64,000 nt of DNA from contig CBDBDN010000005.1 of the NCBI GenBank assembly GCA_965203855.1, positions 463,806-527,805 on the forward strand, read 5' to 3'. The notes beneath the pieces were generated by a model that was not told the DNA's origin, made no database searches, and worked only from the letters and a program-made list of their open reading frames with translations. This DNA is from Dehalococcoidia bacterium (GTDB lineage: Bacteria; Chloroflexota; Dehalococcoidia; Lucifugimonadales; UBA3495). Shown piece after piece: positions 46,030 to 53,966 of this stretch. Both the position numbers and the translations under genes were made by a program. Numbering within the stretch: the first letter of the stretch is position 1; every line of letters begins with the position of its first letter.

Positions 46030-47235
46030 TTAAACTATATTCAGCTGCCGCATCACCGACCGGGCGGCGGCGTCAAAGCCCAGCCCGTCGCCAAAGATTT
46101 CCGCATTGTGCTGCCCCAGGGTTGGAGCGGGCATACGCAGTTGGTACGGCGTAGCGGACAACCGGAACAGTTCCGCCGGCACTTTGATGCGCCCAATCAC
46201 CGGATGCTCAGTTTCCCGGTAGAACGCGCGGGATTCCAGCTGCGGGCATTCGGCCAGTTCCGTAGGCGTCTGCACCAACCCGAACAGCATCCGCTTTTCC
46301 GCCGCCTTGGGGAACAGCTCCCATTTTTCCCGATCTTTGATAGCCTCCAGCACTACGGCGTCCATTGCGGCGCCGTTGCGGACGCGCTGGGCGCGGTCGG
46401 CAAAGCGTGGTTCCAGCAGTTCCGGCGTCTCAAAAAAGTCGGCAATGTCCTCCCACGAAGCGCCGCCGCCCGCCTGTACGATAATCCAGCCGTCTTTGCA
46501 CGGCATCGGATTCTCCCACATCGTCCCCGGCGCGCGGCGTATCTGCGACGCCCCCATAAACGGGTATATCGTCTGCGTCGCCATCATCGTGGACGCTACG
46601 CACTCGGTAACGGAGACATCAACGTGCTGGCCGGCGCCCTCCCGGTCTTGTGCGAACAGCGCCATTGCGGCGGCGCCGGCGCCGAACAGCCCGCCTTGAT
46701 ACTGCGCCTGAAAACCGCCGTGTTTCAGCGGAGGCATCCCCTGCACGCCGCTGATGCCCATTACCATCCCCATCGCGTAGGACACGATTTCCGCGCCGGC
46801 GTACCGGCTATAAGGGCCGGTCTGCCCAAACGGGGTTATGGAAGTCATTACCAGACGCGGGTTGACTGCCGACAACGCCGTATAGCCGATGCCCAGGTCG
46901 TCCAGATAGCCGGGACGATAGCTCTCCACCACCAGGTCAACATAGGGAACCAGTTTTTTGAGCAGGCTGCGTCCGGCTTCGGTATCCAGGTTCAGTGTAA
47001 CGCCTTTCTTGTTCAGGTTGAGTATCAGAAAGAACAGGCTTTGCTCCGGGTGCGGTTCGTCGCGATAGAACGGGCCGATACGGCGCATCGCCGAACCGCC
47101 GGGCGGTTCCACTTTCAGCACATCGGCGCCGTAGTCGGCCAGCAGGCGCGCGCAAAACGACCCGGCGATGTCCTCGCTCAAGTCCAGAACTTTCAGCCCG
47201 TCAAATACCCCGCCGTCCATTACCCCGCCGTCCAT
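46030..47235 (-). CDS. CaiB/BaiF family III CoA-transferase (partner subunit)
   Basis: DGLKVLDLS, LLADYGADVLKVEPPGG, NLNKKGVTL, SITPFGQTGPY. Confidence 0.92.
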   Translation of the reverse strand: MDGGVMDGGVFDGLKVLDLSEDIAGSFCARLLADYGADVLKVEPPGGSAMRRIGPFYRDEPHPEQSLFFLILNLNKKGVTLNLDTEAGRSLLKKLVPYVDLVVESYRPGYLDDLGIGYTALSAVNPRLVMTSITPFGQTGPYSRYAGAEIVSYAMGMVMGISGVQGMPPLKHGGFQAQYQGGLFGAGAAAMALFAQDREGAGQHVDVSVTECVASTMMATQTIYPFMGASQIRRAPGTMWENPMPCKDGWIIVQAGGGASWEDIADFFETPELLEPRFADRAQRVRNGAAMDAVVLEAIKDREKWELFPKAAEKRMLFGLVQTPTELAECPQLESRAFYRETEHPVIGRIKVPAELFRLSATPYQLRMPAPTLGQHNAEIFGDGLGFDAAARSVMRQLNIV

Positions 47236-47354
47236 AAGCCAAACCCTCTCCTTTGCCGGATTGCCGGGATTTACCCGGATTGCCGGGCAAGCCGCCCGGC
47301 AAATCCTGTCCACAAATCCGGTGCGCCCCAATTCTACACCATTCCAACATCTCA

Positions 47355-47492
47355 ACCGTCATCCCCAAGTTAATCGTCATTCCGGCACCCCAACCGTCAT
47401 TCCGGCTTTCGCCGGAATGACGGTTGGGGTAATCCGCCACTGCGGTAATGAAACCGTCAGCTACAGATTCTAGCGCAACTCGGAATGACGGC
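47355..47492. repeat. degenerate REP cluster
   Basis: CCGTCATTCCGGCTTTCGCCGGAATGACGG plus flanking half-units and linker remnant. Confidence 0.8.
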
Positions 47493-47662
47493 GGATTTAA
47501 GCATAACGGCAGAATTGGCGATACCCCCCTCCCCAAATGAAATGCGCCGCTAATCAATGCCGCATTTTACCGCCCGCAGTGCCCACAAAATGCGCTATGA
47601 TTACAGCCATCCATACCGCACTACCCCACATCAAGCATCATGCCAAGGAGAGAGCCGCCCCG

Positions 47663-48328
47663 ATGATTATTGACCCCAAGACCTTTGACCGTTTCAACCT
47701 GATCCTCACCGGCGTGGTAGTCCCCCGCCCCATCGCTTTCGTGTCCACCATTTCTACCGACGGCGTCGTCAACCTCGCCCCGTACAGCTTTTTCAACGCC
47801 GTGGCTTACAACCCGCCGACGCTGGTCTTTTCGTCATCCCGGCGCGCGCCCGGCTGGACGGAAAAGCGCAAGGACACGCTGACCAACATCGAGGAAACCG
47901 GCGAGTTCGTAGTCAATGTGGTAGTGGACGACATTGCCGCCGCAATGAACGCTACCGCCGCCGAGTACCCGTCGGATACCTCCGAGTTCGTCATCGCCGG
48001 CCTTACCGAAGCCGACAGCGCAGTCGTCAAAGCCCCGCGCGTCGCCGAGTCGCCCGTCAATATGGAGTGCCGCCTCGTGCAAATCGTCAACATCGGCGAA
48101 CCGCCTCACCAGCACGGCCTGGTCATCGGCGAAATCGTCCGTATGCACCTGCGCGACGACATCCTTTACCAGGGGCCTAACGGCTATCGCGTCAACCACC
48201 AGGCGCTGCAACCCACCGGGCGGCTGGCCGGCAATTCCTACTGCCGCACCGACGAGGTGTACGAGTTAGTCCGCCCGCAGTATGTACCCCAAGAGGCGCA
48301 GCCGGCAGCGGCGTCGGCCGCCGACTAA
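47663..48328 (+). CDS. flavin reductase (DIM6/NTAB) family protein
   Basis: VVPRPIAFVST..NLAPYSFFN..KDTLTNIEETGEFVVN..GRLAGNSY. Confidence 0.93.
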   Translation: MIIDPKTFDRFNLILTGVVVPRPIAFVSTISTDGVVNLAPYSFFNAVAYNPPTLVFSSSRRAPGWTEKRKDTLTNIEETGEFVVNVVVDDIAAAMNATAAEYPSDTSEFVIAGLTEADSAVVKAPRVAESPVNMECRLVQIVNIGEPPHQHGLVIGEIVRMHLRDDILYQGPNGYRVNHQALQPTGRLAGNSYCRTDEVYELVRPQYVPQEAQPAAASAAD

Positions 48329-48401
48329 ACTGCCGATAGGCGGGCGGGCGGGCGGCCGACTACCCGCCGATACCCTCTCCGGTATCTGATTGCGCCGGAG
48401 C

Positions 48402-48773
48402 CTACTGCGCCGGCGGCAGTTGGAGCAGTTGCAGCGTGTTGCCGTCCGGGTCGCGCAGCGTAGCAATCCAGCCGCCCCAATGCTCCGGTTCGGGGGGGCG
48501 TATGAACTCAACGCCGAGCGCCGCCAGCCGGCGATGCTCGGCGCGAATGTCGGCAACGCCCAGATGCGGCATTATCCGCAGCGGTTCCCGCGATTGCCCC
48601 TGCACGGCGCGATGCAATCCCACATTGAAGCGCACTTCGCCCAGCTGAAACGCCGCAAAGCCCTCATCGTCATGCACCGAATGCAGCGGCAGCCGCAGCA
48701 CATCGCGATAGAACCGCAGCATCGGCTCCAGGTTGTCCGTCCACAGCGTGATGCCGACTACTGCATTAATCAT
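48402..48773 (-). CDS. VOC/glyoxalase family protein
   Basis: FYRDVL, GVEFIRPP..WGG..RDPDGNTLQL. Confidence 0.9.
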   Translation of the reverse strand: MINAVVGITLWTDNLEPMLRFYRDVLRLPLHSVHDDEGFAAFQLGEVRFNVGLHRAVQGQSREPLRIMPHLGVADIRAEHRRLAALGVEFIRPPEPEHWGGWIATLRDPDGNTLQLLQLPPAQ

Positions 48774-48847
48774 CGGTTACCGTTGCCGTTGCCATTGCTT
48801 GGGGAAATGCCGCATCGGGTCGGCAGAATAGCGTTGCGATGGCGGCG

Positions 48848-49276
48848 TCAGGCGTCCGCCGGGCGGCACGCTTTGCACCAGCCGTGGAAGTCAATCCGCT
48901 GCCACATTACCTGAAAGCTGGCGTCCTGGGACACTTCGTCCCGCAGCCGCATAATGACATCGCCGCCGTCATCGGCATCGGCGATATTGCCGCAGCCGAT
49001 GCAGACCAGGTTGACATGGGGCAGCACATTGCTTTCGTAGCGGGATTGCCGGGCGAAAGGCAGCTCCTGTATCAGCCCGCTTTTGGACAGCACGCCCAGC
49101 GTAGAATAGACCGTGGCCAGCGTCATTGACGGGAAATGCTGCTGCACCCGCTCGTGGATTTGCTGCACGGTGGGGTGGTCGCTGGAGTTAAGCACCGCCT
49201 CGGCCACCGCCAGACGCTGCGGAGTTACGCGCACGCCTCCTTGGCGCAGCTGCTGCACTACCGCATTCTGAATCAT
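48848..49276 (-). CDS. Fur/PerR-family transcriptional regulator
   Basis: RVTPQRLAV, HPT, LATVYSTL, CIGCG, CKAC. Confidence 0.92.
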   Translation of the reverse strand: MIQNAVVQQLRQGGVRVTPQRLAVAEAVLNSSDHPTVQQIHERVQQHFPSMTLATVYSTLGVLSKSGLIQELPFARQSRYESNVLPHVNLVCIGCGNIADADDGGDVIMRLRDEVSQDASFQVMWQRIDFHGWCKACRPADA

Positions 49277-49413
49277 CGGCGCCTCCTCCGGCAATCGCCG
49301 GCCCGATCAATCCGCCCCATCCCAGTCAAGATAGCTCAGTATATCATCAGACGCCCTCCCCCGAAAACCAAAACCGCCGCCCGTTTGCCGACAGCATTTC
49401 CAGGCCGGCGGCA

Positions 49414-49464
49414 GGTTTTCCGAGTTGCCGGTTTCCAGGTCGGTTTCAGTCCTACGGACGGAGG
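49414..49464 (-). repeat. partial copy of the 3' arm of the 16474-16740 putative ncRNA
   Basis: 45 of 51 positions identical to 16503-16553 by manual alignment. Confidence 0.85.
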
Positions 49465-49777
49465 GGATGCGCTGGGCTTTATCCCTATTTCCATGCCGGA
49501 GCAAGGGGGTTGGCATCGTCTTGGAAATTGGAATTATGGCATGGATGGAGGGGATGAATGGGGATTTTGGATTCCGGCTTGCGCCGGGATGACGGTCAGG
49601 GGGCGGGATGGCGGAAGTTTAGAGCATTTGATTGGAAACGGTGTTGGGCGCGCGGTGCGGCTTGACAAAGCGCATATGGGTTCGCTAGATTCGGTGGGCG
49701 TTGGAATATACTGCCTTTCCGGTTACTTGGCGCGCCGCGTTATATCGCTTATTCCTGTGTTCAGCAGGCCGCACATT

Positions 49778-50893
49778 ATGGGCACATCACCAACCGCAGC
49801 TGCGGCGGGGCAGCAATCCGCCGGCCATTCCGTTGCGCCGGGGCCGGCTGTTGCGGCGGCGCCCGCTTTGCCGGGCATCTTTGAACGCTACCGCTGTTAT
49901 GTGGAACAGGCGCTTTCGGAGCGGGTGCCGGCAGTTGCCGAACATCCGGTTAATACTCCGCTGCGTTATCATCTGGGCTGGGCGGACCGTAGGGGAACGC
50001 CGTCGCCGACGCCGGCGTCTCAGGGCAAGGCGCTGCGTCCGACGCTGTGCATTTTTGCGTGCGATGCCTTTCAGGGGCAGCCGGAACGGGCCGCTCCCGC
50101 CGCCGCCGCGCTGGAACTGATTCATAACTTTTCGCTGGTGCATGACGACATTCAGGACGAGGGGGCGGAGCGACGGCATCAGCCCACGGTGTGGGCGTTA
50201 TGGGGAACGGCGCAGGCGCTGGCGGCCGGCGATGCGATGCAGTCGCTGGGCGACTTGGCTGTCCTTAATGACTGCGGCCGCATCCCGGCGAATACCGCGA
50301 TCCGCGTTTCCGGCCTGCTTACCAACAGCTGCCTGGAGATGATCGAGGGGCAATGCCGAGATTTGCAGTTTGAGCAGCGCAGCGCGATTGCGACCGACGA
50401 ATATCTGGATATGATTGCGCTGAAAACCGGCGCCCTGATCCGTTGCAGCCTGGAAATCGGCGCCGCCATCGCTACCGACGACGCTGATACTATCCGGGAT
50501 GTGGCCCGATTCGGACGCTCGGTAGGCCGCCTTTTTCAGATACGCGACGACTATCTGGGCATCTGGGGCGACGAGGCCGTTACCGGCAAGTCCGCCGACA
50601 GCGACATCGTGCAGCGCAAAAAGAGTTATCCGATCGTCTATGCGTTTCAGGAGGCGGCCGGGGCGGCGCGCGCCGAGCTGCTGCGCCTGTACGCCCTGGA
50701 AACGATGGACGAGACGGATGTATGCCGGGTGCTGGAAGTGCTGGAGGACATCGGAGCGGCTCGGCAGACCGACTATCTTACCGAACTTACCGCCGACGAG
50801 GCGCGGGCGGCGCTGGCAATGTTGGAACTGCCGGCCTGGGCCGCCGCGGACGCCGAAAATCTGGTGGATTTTCTGGCCCGGCGTCTTTTCTGA
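49778..50893 (+). CDS. polyprenyl diphosphate (FPP/GGPP) synthase
   Basis: GKALRP, HNFSLVHDDIQD..RR, GQ..D, KTGAL, FQIRDDYL. Confidence 0.93.
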   Translation: MGTSPTAAAAGQQSAGHSVAPGPAVAAAPALPGIFERYRCYVEQALSERVPAVAEHPVNTPLRYHLGWADRRGTPSPTPASQGKALRPTLCIFACDAFQGQPERAAPAAAALELIHNFSLVHDDIQDEGAERRHQPTVWALWGTAQALAAGDAMQSLGDLAVLNDCGRIPANTAIRVSGLLTNSCLEMIEGQCRDLQFEQRSAIATDEYLDMIALKTGALIRCSLEIGAAIATDDADTIRDVARFGRSVGRLFQIRDDYLGIWGDEAVTGKSADSDIVQRKKSYPIVYAFQEAAGAARAELLRLYALETMDETDVCRVLEVLEDIGAARQTDYLTELTADEARAALAMLELPAWAAADAENLVDFLARRLF

Positions 50894-51032
50894 ACCGCCG
50901 CGCCGCATCTATAATTCACTGCCGCCGGGAGCCACGTATCCCGCCGCGCACTGCCTGCAAGATGCGGCCCCGTTTCAATAATATAATCTCGCTCAAACCT
51001 TGCCAATCTTGCCGCACTGCCGGAGCTGCCAA

Positions 51033-52109
51033 ATGGTGCAAACATTGAAAGACCGCCCTACTGCGCTTAAGCCGGCCAAACGGCCGATGGAGCTGGGCCT
51101 GCGGATGGGCTGGTACATCCTGAAAAACCGGATGCGCGGCCGCAAGCGGTTTCCGCTGGTAACGATGCTGGAGCCGCTGGAAATGTGCAACCTGGCCTGC
51201 GTGGGCTGCGGGCGCATCCGCGAGTATCGCGGCGTGCTGGACCAGATGATGCCGGTGGACGAAGCCCTGGACGCCGTGCACAAGTCCGGCGCTCCCATCG
51301 TGTCCATTGCCGGCGGCGAACCGACGATTCATCCGCGCATTGATGAAATCATCAACACGCTGGTGGCCGAAAAGTACTTTGTGTACTGCTGCACCAACGC
51401 GCTGCTGCTGCCGCGGATGCTGGACAAAATCCCGCCGTCCAAGTATTTCTGCTGGGTCATCCATATGGACGGTATGGAGGAAAAGCATGATGAGTCGGTA
51501 GCGCGCGCCGGGGTGTTCAAGCGGGCCGTGGAGGGCATACGGCTGGCGGTGTCGCAGGGCTATCGGGTGTGCACGAACACGACCGTTTTCCGCAACAGCG
51601 ATGTGGCGGATTTGCGGGAAATGTTCCGGTATGTCGGCAGTTTGGGCGTAGAGGGTTCGATGATTTCGCCGGGCTATGACTTTGAGGATGCGCCCGACCA
51701 GGATTTGTTCCTGACGCGGCAGGAATCGCGCAGCATATTCCGCAGCCTGCTGGATCCGGCGCAGCTGGACGGGATGCGGCTGTACAACAACCCGCTGTAT
51801 CTGAACTTTCTGCGCGGGGAACGGGAATACCAGTGCACGGCCTGGTCTAACCCGACTTACACGGTGATGGGCTGGCGCAAGCCGTGCTACCCGCTGGCGG
51901 ACGAACATACCGACAATATGGCGGACTTGTACCAGCCGCAGCTGTGGGAGGAGCAGTACGGCGTGGGCCGCGACCCGCGCTGCAACAACTGTATGATGCA
52001 CTGCGGCTTTGAGTCGGCGACGATTTTTAATGCCATCGGCAAGCCCCGGGAATGGGTTACTTTCGTCAAGTCGGGGGCCGCGCACAAGGGCGGCATCAGC
52101 GTCGGCTGA
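51033..52109 (+). CDS. hpnH: adenosyl-hopene transferase (radical SAM)
   Basis: RFPLVTMLEPL..CNLACVGCG, SIAGGEP, CTNALL, CTAWSNPT..GW.KPCY, YGVGRDPRC..CMMHCGFE. Confidence 0.92.
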   Translation: MVQTLKDRPTALKPAKRPMELGLRMGWYILKNRMRGRKRFPLVTMLEPLEMCNLACVGCGRIREYRGVLDQMMPVDEALDAVHKSGAPIVSIAGGEPTIHPRIDEIINTLVAEKYFVYCCTNALLLPRMLDKIPPSKYFCWVIHMDGMEEKHDESVARAGVFKRAVEGIRLAVSQGYRVCTNTTVFRNSDVADLREMFRYVGSLGVEGSMISPGYDFEDAPDQDLFLTRQESRSIFRSLLDPAQLDGMRLYNNPLYLNFLRGEREYQCTAWSNPTYTVMGWRKPCYPLADEHTDNMADLYQPQLWEEQYGVGRDPRCNNCMMHCGFESATIFNAIGKPREWVTFVKSGAAHKGGISVG

Positions 52110-52147
52110 CTTGGATTAAGCAGGGCGACGCTTGCGCCGGAAAGCCT

Positions 52148-52873
52148 ATGCTTGCCATCGTAGCGCCAATGGCGATTGAAGCGACTGAAATCCGGCGCGC
52201 CTTGCGCCGTGTTCCAGCGCCCGGGGTGATGTTGCACATCAGCGGCGTCGGGCGGGAACGGGTTACCGCCGCCATTGCCCGGATTGCCGATTCGCCGCGT
52301 CCCGATGCCATAATACTGGCGGGCTTTTGCGGGGCTTTGGAGCCGGCCCTCAACGCGGGGGATATTCATATAGCGCAGTCGTTTTACTGCGCCGGGCAGC
52401 CCGAACCTATTGCGGCGGATGCGCGGCTGGCGGCTGTCGTGATGGATGCCGCTGCGACAAGCGGCGGCGGCATGGCGGCGGCGCAAGCCCCATCCGTAAC
52501 CGTATCCGCCATTGCCCAGCCTGAGGCGAAAGCGGATTTGCGCCGGCAAGGGGCTACCGTCAATATGGAGGATTACTGGGCGGCGCGGGCGGCGGCGTCT
52601 GCGGGCATCCCGTTTGCGTCGGTGCGCGCCGTGCTGGACACCGCCGGGCAGTCGCTGCCGGAGTATGCCGGCGATGCCGTGGACCGACCGGCGCGTATCG
52701 CTGCCGATATTGCCCGGCATCCGGGGCGTCTGCCGGAGCTGCTGCGACTGCGCCGGCAGATGCGGCAAGCGCGGCGCAGCCTGACCCGCAGCGTGGTGGC
52801 TGCGGCCAGCGCGCTGCAATCAGCAACGCCGCCGGTTGCCGAAACGCCGGCTGCGGCAGAGGCGATGCGATGA
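52148..52873 (+). CDS. hpnG: hopanoid-associated nucleoside phosphorylase/nucleosidase
   Basis: PNP/MTAN motifs SGVG, AGFCGAL, VNME, VRAVLD; position after hpnH. Confidence 0.8.
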   Translation: MLAIVAPMAIEATEIRRALRRVPAPGVMLHISGVGRERVTAAIARIADSPRPDAIILAGFCGALEPALNAGDIHIAQSFYCAGQPEPIAADARLAAVVMDAAATSGGGMAAAQAPSVTVSAIAQPEAKADLRRQGATVNMEDYWAARAAASAGIPFASVRAVLDTAGQSLPEYAGDAVDRPARIAADIARHPGRLPELLRLRRQMRQARRSLTRSVVAAASALQSATPPVAETPAAAEAMR

Positions 52874-53907
52874 CGGCACTGGTAACCGGCGCTACCGGAT
52901 TTATCGGCGGCAATGTGGCGCGGCAGCTGCGGAAGCGCGGCGATGCGGTGCGCGTCCTGGTGCGGCCCGGCGCCAATGACTTGGCCATCCGCGATACCGG
53001 AGTCATTCCGATGGCCGGCGATTTGCTGGAGCCGGATTCGCTGCGGCGCGCGCTGGAGGGCTGCGATGCGGTGTATCACTGCGCCGCCGTGTACGCATTC
53101 TGGGCGCGGCGGCCGGCGGACATCTACCGCGCCAATGTGGACGGAACGCGCAATGTCATCGCCGCCGCCCGGCAAGCCGGCGTGCGCCGGATGGTATTCA
53201 CCAGCTCGGTGTCAACTATCGGGCTGCCGTCCGCTAAAACTGCTAAAAACGATAACGCCAACGCCGCAACGGGCGCCGGCGCAAAACGGCTGGGGGATGA
53301 AACGATGCCGCCGCCGCCCGGCCAGCTTATCGGCCATTACAAGCAGTCCAAGTATCAGGCGGAGCGGCTGGCGTTGGCGGCTAATGACGGCAATCTGGAA
53401 GTGGTAGTGGTCAACCCCTGCGCTCCGGTGGGCAAATGGGATGTCAAGCCTACTCCGACGGGGCGCATTCCGCTGGACTTTGCGCGGGGCCGTATGCCGG
53501 GCTACTTGGACACGGGGATGAACCTGGTGGATGTGGCGGATGTCGCCCGGGGGCATCTGCTGGCGATGGAACGGGGGCGGCCCAGCGAGCGTTACATTTT
53601 GGGAAACCGCAACCTTACCTTGCGGGAGGTTTTGCTGATGCTGGCCGACATTACCGGGCGGCGGGCGCCGCGGCTGCGGTTTCCGTACTGGCTGGCCGGC
53701 GCCGCCGCCGTGTGCGACCAGTGGCTGGAGGGCGGCCTGCTGCGCCGCGCGCCGGCCATTCCGCTGGAAGGCATCAAAATCGCCCGTCATCCGATGTATG
53801 TCAGCAGCCGGAAAGCGGTCAACGAGCTGGGGATGCCGCAGAGTCCGGTTGAAAATGCGCTGGAAAAGGCCGTCCGCTGGTTCACTGATCACGGCTATTT
53901 GCGCTAG
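52870..53907 (+). CDS. hpnA: hopanoid-associated sugar epimerase
   Basis: VTGATGFIG, GHYKQSK, VVVNP.APVG.WDVKPTPTGRI, DTGMNLVDV.DVA.GH. Confidence 0.9.
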   Translation: MTALVTGATGFIGGNVARQLRKRGDAVRVLVRPGANDLAIRDTGVIPMAGDLLEPDSLRRALEGCDAVYHCAAVYAFWARRPADIYRANVDGTRNVIAAARQAGVRRMVFTSSVSTIGLPSAKTAKNDNANAATGAGAKRLGDETMPPPPGQLIGHYKQSKYQAERLALAANDGNLEVVVVNPCAPVGKWDVKPTPTGRIPLDFARGRMPGYLDTGMNLVDVADVARGHLLAMERGRPSERYILGNRNLTLREVLLMLADITGRRAPRLRFPYWLAGAAAVCDQWLEGGLLRRAPAIPLEGIKIARHPMYVSSRKAVNELGMPQSPVENALEKAVRWFTDHGYLR

Positions 53908-53966
53908 AATCGCTATTCGTTCTATTCTCGCAATTCATTACCGCATTGTTATCCGATACGGACGCT

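Noticed and set aside
13641-47373. Long antisense ORFs (e.g. 13641-14789, 15214-16257, 17324-18436, 37862-39151, 40871-42154, 46027-47373)
   Set aside because: Shadow frames of well-supported genes, expected from high-GC codon usage.
16503-49464. attL/attR pair bounding a 33-kb island
   Set aside because: Repeat is imperfect, no integrase is present, and the interval contains housekeeping loci (ilvB with T-box, tRNA).
49440-49465. Hammerhead-like GTCC-GTA-GGAC-TGAAAC on the minus strand
   Set aside because: The required CUGANGA core is absent, and the copy at 16530-16553 breaks the stem.
49136-49777. N-terminal extensions given in the ORF track (prenyl synthase from 49136, also 6901-7863, 57334, 61389)
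   Set aside because: They overlap other genes or repeats; family similarity and RBS or overlap patterns support the later starts.
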